Assembly (NCBI RefSeq): GCF_964355755.1
Contig: NC_092672.1
Location: forward strand, 38,322,437 to 38,386,436
Reading direction: 5' to 3'
Source of the DNA: Antedon mediterranea
Taxonomy: Eukaryota > Animalia > Echinodermata
Length of the DNA: 64,000 nt
A program made the translations under genes and the position numbers. Numbering within the stretch: the first letter of the stretch is position 1; each line of letters starts with the position of its first letter. Below are positions 38,595-50,765 of the stretch, piece after piece. The notes under the pieces were generated by a model. That model made no database searches. It had not been told where the DNA came from and was given only the letters and a program-made list of their open reading frames with translations.

Positions 38595-38845
38595 GTGTTT
38601 GCGTGTTAATATCATTTCTATGATGGGCAGGGCCTAAACACGTTATTAATGTGGTCGTGTTTGCGTGTTAATATCATTTCTATGATGGGCAGAGCCTAAA
38701 CACGTTATTAATGTGGTCGTGTTTGCGTGTTAATATCATTTCTATGATGGGCAGGGCCTAAACACGTTATTAATGTGGTCGTGTTTCCGTGTTAATATCA
38801 TTTCTATGATGGGCAGGGCCTAAACACGTTATTAATGTGGTCGTG
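38595..38845. repeat. 62-bp minisatellite, left block (4 copies)
   Basis: GTGTTT(G/C)CGTGTTAATATCATTTCTATGATGGGCAGGGCCTAAACACGTTATTAATGTGGTC. Confidence 0.96.
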
Positions 38846-40235
38846 ATTCAAGATTCAAGATTCAAGAAATTTTATTTGTCCATAAAATGGAAATTCACTT
38901 TGCTTGGTAGATTAAAACAACAGTATTGCAACAATTTAAAAACGTGCAGTATTATAACAGATTAAAAATACAAGATAAAAAGTTAAAAATACTGTTAAAA
39001 ATGTAAAACTATTAAAAATTGCATTAACGTCTTACATTAGAATTAAAAATATGAATGCTATTTACAACGAAGGATTTTCTAGTTCTACAATGATTTGCTC
39101 TTGGAGGTCGTAGCCTAATGCCTGATCTATTTAAGTTATAACAGTAATGTAACGGATGAGTGGGGTCTTTCATAATATTGTTAACTTTTTTTAGAATACT
39201 CTTTTCATAGATAAATGAACAAGGCGTTAGATCAGCTTTAATAATACGTTGTGCAATTTTACGTGGTCTCTCAATATTTTTCTTATCATTTTCAGTAAAG
39301 TTACCATAAAAACATCCAATGCTAAAAGATAAAATACTTTGAATAATACTTTGATAAAATAGAATTAAAATAGTGTTATCAACTCTAATTTGCTTGAGTT
39401 TTCTGAGAAAGTAGAGCCTTTGAGATGCCTTCTTGGAAATCATGAGAGAGTTTGACTCCCATTTTAATTTGTTGTCAATTATAGTACCTAAGTATTTGTA
39501 TTGAGTTACTCTTTCAACCTCGGTTTCTTTAATAGTTATTACATTATGTTCAACTGCGGTTTTACGAAAATCTATTATCATCTCTTTGGTTTTAGTAATA
39601 TTAAGTATTAAGTTCATATCTTCACACCAATTAACAAATCTTCCAACTTCATTAACAAATTCATTTACATTATGCTTACTATCGCAAAGAAAACCACTAA
39701 TTACAGTATCGTCAGCGTATTTTACAATATTGCAATCTTTACTTAAAATATTAAAACTACTAGAATAAAAAGAGAACAAAATTGGAGAGATAACACATCC
39801 TTGAGGAGCTCCAACACTGGTAGATTCTTTGTTGGATAGGATACCATTGCACTTAACCATCTGCGGTCTATTAATCAAAAAACTATATATAACTTTGGCG
39901 AGCTGAGGTGAGACATTAAAACTTAATAATCTATCAATTAAAACATGTGGTAAAATAGTATTAAAAGCACTGGAGAAATCGAAAAATATAGACCGTACAT
40001 AATTTCTTTTTGAATCAAGGTGATGATATGCATCATGGAGATAAGAATTAACAGCATCGTCAACCCCTCTATTTTTCTTGTATGCAAATTGATTCTTATC
40101 TGCATTACCAATATTTTCCTTAAGTCTAGAAACAATCAACCTTTCTAAGCATTTCATTAAATTTGAAGTAATTGCAATTGGTCTAAAATCTTTTGGTACA
40201 CTAGGTTTATTAACTTTAGGCAATGGATTTATATA
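38846..40235 (-). mobile_element. 5'-truncated non-LTR retrotransposon, Rex1/Babar-like
   Basis: RT-coding frame, short 3'UTR with AATAAA and a (TCTTGAA)3 tail at about 38846-38866; no endonuclease domain. Confidence 0.9.
39024..40223 (-). CDS. LINE reverse transcriptase (truncated ORF2, RT plus C-terminal domain)
   Basis: FRPIAITS, QFAY, FDFSSAFNTI, GAPQGCVISP, KYADDT, LNITKTKEMIIDFRK, YKYLG, KKASQRLYFLRKLK and DPTHPLH motifs; 399 codons without a stop. Confidence 0.93.
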   Translation of the reverse strand: MPKVNKPSVPKDFRPIAITSNLMKCLERLIVSRLKENIGNADKNQFAYKKNRGVDDAVNSYLHDAYHHLDSKRNYVRSIFFDFSSAFNTILPHVLIDRLLSFNVSPQLAKVIYSFLINRPQMVKCNGILSNKESTSVGAPQGCVISPILFSFYSSSFNILSKDCNIVKYADDTVISGFLCDSKHNVNEFVNEVGRFVNWCEDMNLILNITKTKEMIIDFRKTAVEHNVITIKETEVERVTQYKYLGTIIDNKLKWESNSLMISKKASQRLYFLRKLKQIRVDNTILILFYQSIIQSILSFSIGCFYGNFTENDKKNIERPRKIAQRIIKADLTPCSFIYEKSILKKVNNIMKDPTHPLHYCYNLNRSGIRLRPPRANHCRTRKSFVVNSIHIFNSNVRR

Positions 40236-40251
40236 ATGTTTGCGTTTGTTT

Positions 40252-40751
40252 GTGTTTGCGTGTTAATACCATTTCTATGATGGGCAGGGCCTAAACACGT
40301 TAATGTGGTCGTGTTTCCGTGTTAATATCATTTCTATGATGGGCAGGGCCTAAACACGTTATTAATGTGGTCGTGTTTCCGTGTTAATATCATTTCTATG
40401 ATGGGCAGGGCCTAAACACGTTAATGTGGTCGTGTTTCCGTGTTAATATCATTTCTATGATGGGCAGGGCCTAAACACGTTATTAATGTGGTCGTGTTTG
40501 CGTGTTAATATCATTTCTATGATGGGCAGGGCCTAAACACGTTATTAATGTGGTCGTGTTTCCGTGTTAATATCATTTCTATGATGGGCAGGGCCTAAAC
40601 ACGTTATTAATGTAGTCGTGTTTCCGTGTTAATATCATTTCTATGATGGGCAGGGCCTAAACACGTTATTAATGTGGTCGTGTTTCCGTGTTAATATCAT
40701 TTCTATGATGGGCAGGGCCTAAACACGTTATTAATGTGGTCGTGTTTCCGT
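40252..40751. repeat. 62-bp minisatellite, right block (about 8 copies, some 59 bp)
   Basis: Same unit and orientation as 38595-38845. Confidence 0.96.
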
Positions 40752-43042
40752 ACAACGTATTTAACACATTGTAATTTCCTTCATGATCAAACCAGAGAAT
40801 AAATGGCACATTCGCGTTACTATTGTAGGCCTACAGGAATACAGCAATTAATCACCTCAATGGTGAACTATTCTTATGTACATTTTTTTGCTACCGCCTA
40901 ATCAAATCAGTTTCGAGAAGGAAAAAACAGCCTCCACTATATCGTTATTATTATATCTGTTAAAAGCATAACAACGAGGCACTACTAAAAATACTTCGTT
41001 TTCGTTTCGTCACACACAGGATTGGACGGAAGTCACACGAGTAAACAGCGCTCTCACTTAAATCATCTACGAGGATGAGCTTGTAATGAATGCTGCGTCG
41101 TCGAATCATTTGAGCAGAAGTTCTGGATAACCAAGTTGGATAGACTGGTGTGTCACGGTGATATCTAATTTGTGCAATACCAGTGGTTTTATGGTTTTAT
41201 TAAGGGAATTATAAATGGGATTTAATGTTGGATTTACTTACTGATTTCAACGCACAGGAATTTGTGTGACGTTTCATTGAAGTTTGTTTCGACGTTCTAT
41301 TGTTCTTCAAATTTGAATTCCTGCTGTGAAACTGGTAAGCATGTAGGCCTAAACAGTACAGTACTTTAAATTTGTGGTTGATACAGTAACGTTTCTTGTC
41401 AATACCCTGTTCAGTGGCGAGGGTATGGTGTTGGTACCGGTTGGGCGAGTGGTGGGACGGCTAAACTTGACATAAAGAATTGTACCTGTTACGTTTAGGC
41501 GTATATATAAAAAAATTTTTTTTAATATTTTACAAATTTGTGCAGACTTGTTTTTATTATGGTGTTGGTTTCATAGGAAATAAATAACTTAGTTCAATAT
41601 AATTATGATTTTATATCGAAGTAATTTCTTGAGTCTTGCATTTGGTTCCCAGACGTTCGTCTGATATAGAAATAACTATTCTGTAATTTTTCGTATAGTT
41701 CATTTACTATCCACTGGTTTATTGACTGAGAACCCTACCACCTTTGTAATTAATAACTACGTTGGTAGCATTATCATTTCTGATCTGATGATAGGCCTAA
41801 TTATTTATATGTTCAATTAATTAAAGAAGCTATACGGATATGAAATAGAATTAGACGAGCTTGCTGGTTATGTAAACATTACACACTTAATTCCCGCTTG
41901 CATCTAAGTCTGGTATGGTAATCAGGTATTGCAATAAAGAAACAGAAAGTATGTGTTGTTTGGCACAATAAAAGTATGGTTTCAGATGTTACGTTTAATA
42001 CTTCCTTGAAATATGAATACAAAACAATTCGTACTTTTATTTGTTGGCCAACATAAGAAAATAAATAATAAATGAATGACCCTGCACTTAAGTCGGTTCA
42101 GCACTTTTTTTAAGTCCAGGGTCATGACCTTTTGGATTATTTGTAACAACTATGTTTATATATCTGTTAATAATGAGCAAATCCATGCGGATAGAAATGC
42201 TTCATTCGATCATTCTGCTTCCGCGTAACATATCGTGTTCCGAGACTTCCTTGAATTTGTTGGATGGAGGAGACGACGTCCACATTTTAGACTTAATTTA
42301 TTAAGAACTTATGAAAGGTAAGAAACTTAACCCATATCTGGCAGGCATTCTACTTATACCTAAAGGATTATGTGACTTAATTGTTTAATACGCTTTGCAA
42401 TTATTGAAAGTAGCAGTAATTGAACTTTCGCTCCGAAATTAGTATCATCACTGTGCTGCTGCTGCTCAGTCTGAGACAATTGTTGTCTCAGTGCTCAGTG
42501 TAGAACAACTCAGTGTGGATATGTTTGTTCAGCTTACCGTTCAAATGCAAACTCTTATTTTTGATCTAGTATTTCTGATTCTAAAATATTAAATCATGTT
42601 TCTGGAAATAGTAAAACACAAAACGCGTTAACTTGTTGAGTGTTGTATTTTTGTCGGCAAAAGTTGAACAAAAATCTAATTGTTATAATCGCGCGTACTA
42701 CTGTCATCTTTCTCAACTGGTATAGACCTACTACGTGTATTTATTTTTAGCATATCGAATTAGTGTAGTTGGGTCTTCCGTAAACTGCCAATTACAACAT
42801 TAATTTAAAAGGGAAACCATTTAAATGCTAACTCATGGTTGTCTTGTTTCCCTAGACATATTTTCAGTTATAGGGGTAAGATCAACATGGCGTACGTGCA
42901 AATAAAAACCGTCCGTATATTAGTGGTATTATATTAATAAATATCACGTATACATTGTGCTGTTGCCTTAAGTTCACCCTACATAAACTGACATAAAGCC
43001 TGATATTTGCGTGATTAATGACAGTTTGGTTACCGTTCTTCC

Positions 43043-43210
43043 TAAAGCTTGGTTCCCACTAGGACGCTACTCAAGGACGTTAGCGCAACGTAAGTGATTT
43101 GACCACACACAAGCGATGGGGATTATTCGAACAGTAGCTTCTCATTGGTCAAATGGCATGCGTTGCGCGTACGTCCTTGCGTTGCGTCGCTAGGCGGCGA
43201 CCACGCTTAA
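43043..43210. mobile_element. MITE family 2 copy, inverted
   Basis: TAAAGCTTGGTTCCCACTAG ... GACCACGCTTAA; matches 9753-9918. Confidence 0.8.
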
Positions 43211-46200
43211 CGACGCACGCCTACGTGTACTGGCGTACCACCTGGACGCAGTACAGTGACGTAGGCACAACGCAAGTAAAAGTTTAAACTGATCCATTCT
43301 ATGATTTTGTATATTTTACTAGCAGTCTACTTTGTTATATATTTTATTTGTGCTCATTTCTGTAAATATTTATGTGATAAAAGAATAATAATTTTATGTT
43401 ACTCTATTTTCGGTCATGTACAGACAGCGAATGCATCAACACGATTACAGTAATAAAATGTAATAAATCAGTCCAGACGGTAATCTTGATTCAGGATATC
43501 AAAAGTGACTGATACTCCTGTTCACACTGGAGTAGTTTGTGATGTCTGTGTTGAGCGCACTGCTCTTGGCGCGTCTATAATCGAGTGTGAACCATCCACA
43601 GTGATTTATTCGTCCTGTGCTTTAGTATTGTCTTTACAACTAATAATATATACTGACGTTCATTTCCAATCCCTTCGTGTAGTATTGTGTCTGATGCGTT
43701 TGGCATTTGCTATAAATAATTGTTACATCTCATAAATCATATTAAACCTCATTATGACAACAGTAAGGAAATGGAAAAACAAGAGCCTCTGGGCTTTAGT
43801 ATCATTGAGAGAGAGAACATACATCTTTGCCTAGATAAGAGGTAGGCCTAGAAGAAGTAAAGACTCTCACTCATTACCACTGGTGTCATTCCAAAAAGGC
43901 TCTTGGCTTTAGTAGTGAGATCTTTCTCTACTACATTAAGAAATGTAAAACAACGAGTATATAGATAACTTATTCTCCTGTTGTCCCTCTATACAGAAAA
44001 TAGTAAAGAAATCTGCCAAGCAGGATTGTTTTTAAATTTGTTTGTTAAGGGTAAATTAGTTTAGTTCGGTGACCAATTCATTTAGAGGTATAAAATATTG
44101 TTGCCATTTTCCATGAAAATTATAACTGACTAATGATATGCGAAGAATTAAGCCAATGGCGAGTTGGGCTCTATCGTGAATTCACTTAAATTGAAATGCA
44201 ATCGGGGTGATATTATTAATTATGCATTGTTCAGTTGATTAATGGTAATTTTAATTACGAATACATCGCTAATAGGGATATATATATATATTACTGTCCG
44301 GCCACATCATGACGTCACTAAGTATACTCCTGTGCAATGAGACGTTGGTCATGGTCACTACAAAAGTTTATTTTATTTTCAATATAGAGGGCGCATTTGA
44401 AAAGATGTGTAGTTAACAACATCGAGATGAAATTATTAAATTCAAAGGGAGCTGAATGCGTATTTGGAGCGATAAGTAGCACTGTAAATGTCATGATATT
44501 TTGTTGAGTACCTAAGTGTAGTGATTATGTTAAATGACGTAAATCTGTTCAATAAGTCATCTTCGTTTCTTATTGGTTTCTCCTCCCGGTGTATTTTATA
44601 ATGCTACTGCACACATAAACAGCTTAGGCATATTATATTCTTGTCTTTTATTTTTAAATATGTTATTTTTACATAGATGGAACTTTGAACAATATTTTAC
44701 ATAAATTTATCACTATAAGTTTTAGTTTGGTTCTTTTTCATATAACTCTTGATATAATGGTTGTTGATTTCCAATTACGTTGATAATAATCGCATAACCG
44801 ATAAATAATATCCCATTTGAGAATTGGCGCTGTTTTATATTAAACTGCATCATCGGCTGCTGTCGTTACGCTGATCATATGACATGAATATCCATTTATT
44901 AATGCACGATCGTCTGATTAAAAGTTTAATGCCGCGTTTAATTACGCGCACTGTTAATTACGCGCACAGTTACTTTGATAGTAGTTCGTTACTGATTAAT
45001 TTATCGTATCATTTAATATTAGGATTGATTGAGTAATCAACGTACGGGTATTAATCACAATTAAGTATTCTATAAGTTTAAATATATTATTGATGGAAAA
45101 CCTGTCTAATTTAAACCCATTAAAACTTAAGAGATTGACCTACTTAAGCAGGTCAATGTCGTAAAGTATCTTCTTAACGCTTGTGTGTTTTTAGTTAAAC
45201 AATAAACTCTCCTGAACATTTTTGTTGCTTACGTTCTATACTTTTTCCACCAAGATATACAGTACTGAACTGCCTATTTGAATTGTCCATTATCAAGTGT
45301 TCCGCGAGTAGTACACGCATGTTACACGCGATGCGTATGCAAGAATACCATTTAGTCGTCATAAAGACAGACCACGATATAGAATTTCAGTTTCGGGGTT
45401 CCCAACAAAGTATCCCCTCATATGGATTTCCTTTGAATAGCAATTAGTGTTACAACATACAATATTGTTCCTGTTTTCTTTCACATGAAAGTGTCCGTTT
45501 ATTTTTGTATAGGGGGGGGGGGGGGGAGGTGGTGTCTACGTCCCAAAGGAGAGGTTCTACTGTAATAGGCTTAATGTGTTTTTATTTTATATACCCACTG
45601 CTGACGCTAGAGCTTTAGATTTAGGTTGTAATGGTATCTGACTATGGTAATTATAGTCAAGCTTTCCATTGGTGGTAATCTCATTATATTATATTGCAAT
45701 TATTATGTCGTAACTTTATACACAGTGGGCCTCCTTCCTATCACTTATTAGTCACTTTTTAATAATGTTGTTTTACCTTTTACCGACGTCCTATATTGCA
45801 GGTGAATTTAGCGTTAATAACTAAGCGTATCACAAAATCAAAAACGTTTACGACTTCGATTCGCTGCCATCGTTATATCCACACTAAGCTCTCACAACTA
45901 AATCATAATAATATGCTATTATTTAATGTCAATTTTTCATTAACAATGCTGTTAGTAAGATTGCATGAAGATTTTGCCGCAGAGTTCGGTAATCTTCAAA
46001 AAGATTAGCTTTTAACTTAGCGTGATGTCATCAGGTCGTCATTTAATCAGGATTGATTTAATTATTATATTGAGAATTAGATCAACAAGATCCTTAAATC
46101 ATTTATTATTCAAGCAAACATCATGTAAATGTCTTTCGATTTATAAGCTGTTGCTTTAGCTTTAAATTGCATATACAACGGCACGATGTCTTCTTCCTCC

Positions 46201-47917
46201 AATTAAACTCTTTTCACATACAATTCCGGTAGTATTTTTGCCGGTCCAGGCCGCGATATTTCTTTTCATACATAAGTTGGAGACCACTCATGAAACGTCA
46301 CAAAAAAACAATATTCATTAGTCATACCCATAAGGTGTGACGTAAGAATTGATCTAACAACAATTCACTTAAAAAATCGCGTCCAGGCCTATTCACCCAT
46401 AAGTTGAAGGCGTGTTGTCTGTGTGAAAGGGTCCTCTATATCTTTATTATAAACTTATCGTACCTATTACAATAGTCTGGGTTCCAGACGGAGTTTTGTC
46501 TTAATATTAGTAAAAAGATAAATATTTTGGCACATGTGGCGTTTCATACGTATACTACTTGAAAATCGCGGTCGAAATAAAAACAAATAAATTTTAAAAA
46601 AAGATAATACAGACTTGGGGCAAGTCTACTATTACAAATATACTTAATAGTGAGGAAATATGAGCGAAAATAAAGTCCCCTGTGTCTTTAGTATTTAGTT
46701 TAGGCCTACCTATCGTTTCTTTTACATACAGGAAGTTTGAGAGAAAATAAGGTCGCCAAACTAAATACGAACTCGGAATCGTGACCTTGCTGCTGTATCT
46801 CATCGAGTCTGTTAACAAGTTGAAACCGCCTTATTACTGTGAGTTTATTGACTGAGTGTTTGAGACTGATAAAAAAAAACATGAAACTGAAAATCTCTTG
46901 ACCTTAATCTCAAGAAACAGACTTAATTTGCAAGATAAAATATTATTAAATCATGATGATGTAGAAAAAAAAATGTTAATCTAGAACATTATGGGACAAA
47001 AAAGTGAAGTGTTCTATGTTACAATAATGTCACCGACTGTTCGTTCTGAATGTCAAAAACGCTTGACAGCCTTGCATATCCTGGCAACCTATATTTTGTC
47101 CCACTTGTGGATCATCAGAATATTTCCAGCAATCAAACTCACACGCCAGCGGCATCCTTAACACCCCAATGTCATTATCGATCTTCACTCTTCTCTCTCC
47201 GGAATTCATGTAATGAAACTAGCCTGTACCTCCCACAAATAGAAATGAATTTCTATATTAATATTGATGCCGTGTCAATTCGCTCCACAATGCATGTTCA
47301 CTGAATTTCTTACGGTTATTTTAAATATCACGGCCGTTCAATTCTTGTTAAAATTGTCAAATTTATAGTTTTAATTAATTTAATTAATTTGTATGAATCT
47401 AATTTAAATACGCTAACTTCACCATAGATGTATTGTATGCCATAGGCACCAACTTTTAAATGGAATCAATTTGTGTCGAGTTACATTGATGTCGTAGGTC
47501 TGGTCCAATCAATCATGTTTTGATGTAACACATTTATAGCGCATTTACGTATCAATGGACACGTATGCGATAATAAGCACATTACTTCCAGTAACAAGAT
47601 TCAAGTTTTGCACTGTTTTATCAGTCGTTGCTATTTTGGCGCGTGACGCACAACCGTGGAAACGCGTTGGCGCCACACGCGTCGTGTAAAATTACGCAGT
47701 ACAATTCACGTCAGAGAAAAATCTGACCATTATTTTTATAATTGTAGCCTTCTTGGTCCATGTGTGTTACCGGCCCTTCGGCTTGGTTTTCGGCATAAAA
47801 AATGTGTATACTGCGTCACTCAGTGCTTACTGTAATTATAGAAAAGAGATTCCAGACACGTTAAGTGGCTCTAAGGGTACCAGCTTAATAGCGCGTTATA
47901 TATGTCAACAGCAAAAA

Positions 47918-47963
47918 TGACGTCACGTCATATTTAGTTTTCAATAGCAATGACCTATATAAA
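47918..47963 (+). promoter_or_regulatory. Candidate CRE (TGACGTCA) plus TATA box upstream of the adenosine receptor
   Basis: Palindromic CRE at 47918-47925 and TATATAAA at 47956-47963; function is inferred only. Confidence 0.3.
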
Positions 47964-49108
47964 TGTTTAACGGCTAACAAGACGTATTTAATGTGATAAG
48001 TTATTCGCTGGTTATGCTGGGTATACCTGTGTTGTCGTCGTACAGTGCGGGTTTAAATACAACAACTTGTTTTCGTCTTGAATTTGCCATTAAAGCTAAT
48101 CTACTCAGACGAGAAGACAAAAAAACAAGCAGAATTGAAATTAAATAATTCGCATTACTACAGTAGCAAAACAAGTCCTAAGTATTATTATCTATTACGT
48201 GATTGCGGGTACACCCACATGCGCACTGCTTGCAAATCGTGCAAATTAGCTAATTTAAACTTAATTAACAAAGAATATGAAAAACCAATATTGTTAATTA
48301 TTGTAACTATATTATTCATCAAAACAAAACAAAACGTCATAGTAGACGTCACATTGTTGGAATTTTTTTTAAAGTTTTTTTTTTGCATTTATAACCTTTA
48401 GAAGAATTTGACCAATCACAAGCGTTGCGTCTATTGAGAATCAAATTTTAACATTAACCAATCTTTCTATTATTTGTTAGTTTGTTTCCTTATGTAGCAG
48501 AGCCTCGTTATGATGTGAGAATGCAAAGGGACGAAACCTCTGTCATCTCACTTGTCCTTCTCGCCGAATTTCGTCATGATATTAAAACATATAATTAATT
48601 TACCTTTTTTTGCTCCATATACCTATTAATTATGAGGTGCAATCGCCGCCAATTATACATTAATTAAGACGAGTTATTGTTATTATCAATCATGTGTTTA
48701 TCATTATATATACAACATTTAAATAATAATTAACTTTTAATTATCTTTTCAGATAATTGCAGGTAGCACATGCTAAGACAGGAAAAAATACGTCCGAAAG
48801 CAAATTCCAAATACTTGGTAATAGGCTGGGTGTTAAAGGTGAACGAGGGACAAGGACTTACTACAAGGAATTCATTGACGACGTCGGAAGTGCACACCTT
48901 CATAAATAGCCTACACGTGATTGGTCAGTTTCCTTTAGTCAACAGTGAATCGTGCGTACCGTAAAGTTGTACTATTGAAAACCTTGTACGAACAGCTATT
49001 TTTCCTATAAATTAACACTGTTGAATATGTGTAGTACTGTTATTCGTTGAACCACGTCGTAGAAGGAATTGCATTTGGTAATACACTAATTAGGCCTATG
49101 GAATTAAA

Positions 49109-50236
49109 ATGTCTTCAGAAGCACCAGGCATTGGTACGTGGTCTTACACCGTCAACATGGCGTTTGAAATACCAATAGCAATAGCCGCTATACTGGGCAA
49201 TTTACTTGTAATGTTTGCAGTGTACAAAAACCGACATTTACGATCCGTCACGAATTCGTTCATCGTATCGTTAGCCGTCGCCGATTTTCTTGTAGGTTTG
49301 GTTGGTATACCATTTGCTTTGATTACAAACGCTAATGTTTCCATGGATAGATATCTCTGTTTATTTTTAAATTCGTTTATTGTTGTGTTGACACAGATCT
49401 CCATTTTTAGCCTTCTTGCAATTGCTGTGGACCGTTATTTCGCTGTGGTTTCTCCATTAAAATATCGACGCATTGCCAATACTAAACGCGCGTTGTGCGT
49501 GATCGCTGTGACGTGGATCGCTGCGTTTGCTGTTGGTCTCGTCCCCGTCATGGGCTGGCACTTGAAACCAGACGACAATTCGTGTAACTTTGTCACCATT
49601 ATTGATATGAAATACATGGTGTATTTTAACTTTTTTGGATTTGTCTTACCGCCATTAATAATTATGCTGTTCATATATATCAAAATATTCAACGTTGTTC
49701 GTCAACAAATTAAACAAATTTCGAAAACTGTCGTTGCAGCAAATGACGATGAAATGGCTCGTCATCTATCAATGTTAACTGTTAAAGAAGGAAAAGCAGC
49801 CAGAGCATTAGCTATTGTTATCATTTTATTCGCAATCTGTTGGTTACCCGTTCACTTTTTAAACACAATAAGTCTGTTTTGTAAAAATCTAAACATCCCG
49901 TACGTTCTGCTGTTAATGGCTATAATCTTGTCGCACGCTAATTCCGCCATGAACCCGTTAATATACGCGTATAGTAACCGAGAATTCAGGAGAACATTTA
50001 AGAAGATAATAGCGTCATGTGCTGTGTGTAAATATTTGAAATCAAAAGGTTGGACGTTGGGCTTGACGACTAGTATGGAATTTACGGAAGCTAGCGTAAC
50101 GGCATTACCGATTAGAAATAACGTTGTTAACCAAACTACACTTCTTCCTACTACACCAATGATAACACAAAAACAAAACTCGTCACCAAATGGAATTCGT
50201 GCAATAGAAAATCAGACACTTGTCTCTATGGTTTGA
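49109..50236 (+). CDS. ADORA2: Adenosine receptor (A2-like class A GPCR), intronless CDS, 375 aa
   Basis: Seven TM segments with GN, LAVAD, DRY, CWLP and NPLIY; adenosine-receptor signatures LTQISIFSLLAIAVDRY, PVMGW, YMVYFNFFGFVLPPL, KEGKAA and LSHANS. Vertebrate subtype orthology cannot be resolved. Confidence 0.95.
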   Translation: MSSEAPGIGTWSYTVNMAFEIPIAIAAILGNLLVMFAVYKNRHLRSVTNSFIVSLAVADFLVGLVGIPFALITNANVSMDRYLCLFLNSFIVVLTQISIFSLLAIAVDRYFAVVSPLKYRRIANTKRALCVIAVTWIAAFAVGLVPVMGWHLKPDDNSCNFVTIIDMKYMVYFNFFGFVLPPLIIMLFIYIKIFNVVRQQIKQISKTVVAANDDEMARHLSMLTVKEGKAARALAIVIILFAICWLPVHFLNTISLFCKNLNIPYVLLLMAIILSHANSAMNPLIYAYSNREFRRTFKKIIASCAVCKYLKSKGWTLGLTTSMEFTEASVTALPIRNNVVNQTTLLPTTPMITQKQNSSPNGIRAIENQTLVSMV

Positions 50237-50627
50237 AAATAAAAGAAAAACATTAAGATAGTATCAGCACGAAATGTAACGATAGGTTCTGACACAGAAT
50301 AGAGATATAATGACGTAGAAGAGCACCGTTGCCACGCGTGGAGGACGCGTGCAAACACATTTCATATTATGACGTAATTAAAGACGCGAGTTAGCCTACG
50401 CAAGTGTACTACGACGATATCATTATACATACGCTCGCGTACATACATCGCGTGCAATATGCGTTACACTAATGAAGTCATCGTCTAACCTTAAATCACT
50501 GTACACAAAAGAAACGGAAATGAATTGCACGTTATCGGAAGATATGCTTAAAATATTATTTCCGATTGCGATGAACTCTACTGTAATTCTCAGATGGACA
50601 GGTCATTTTCATGATAGTTTCCGTGAT

Positions 50628-50765
50628 TTAAGCGTGGTTCCCACTAGCGGCGCAACACAAGGACGTAACGCAACGCAAGTGAATTGACCAATCACAAGCG
50701 ATGGCTTATTCGCTTGTGATTGCTAACTGTCTATAACTTCGCTTGCCATTGGTTAAAACGCTTGA
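50628..50765. mobile_element. MITE family 2 partial copy
   Basis: TTAAGCGTGGTTCCCACTAGCGGCGCAACACAAGGACGTAACGCAA..., truncated. Confidence 0.8.

Noticed and set aside
49144-49692. Antisense ORFs within the GPCR (also 61349-61732 and 39586-39768 opposite other coding regions)
   Set aside because: Shadow frames of real coding sequence, with no independent features.
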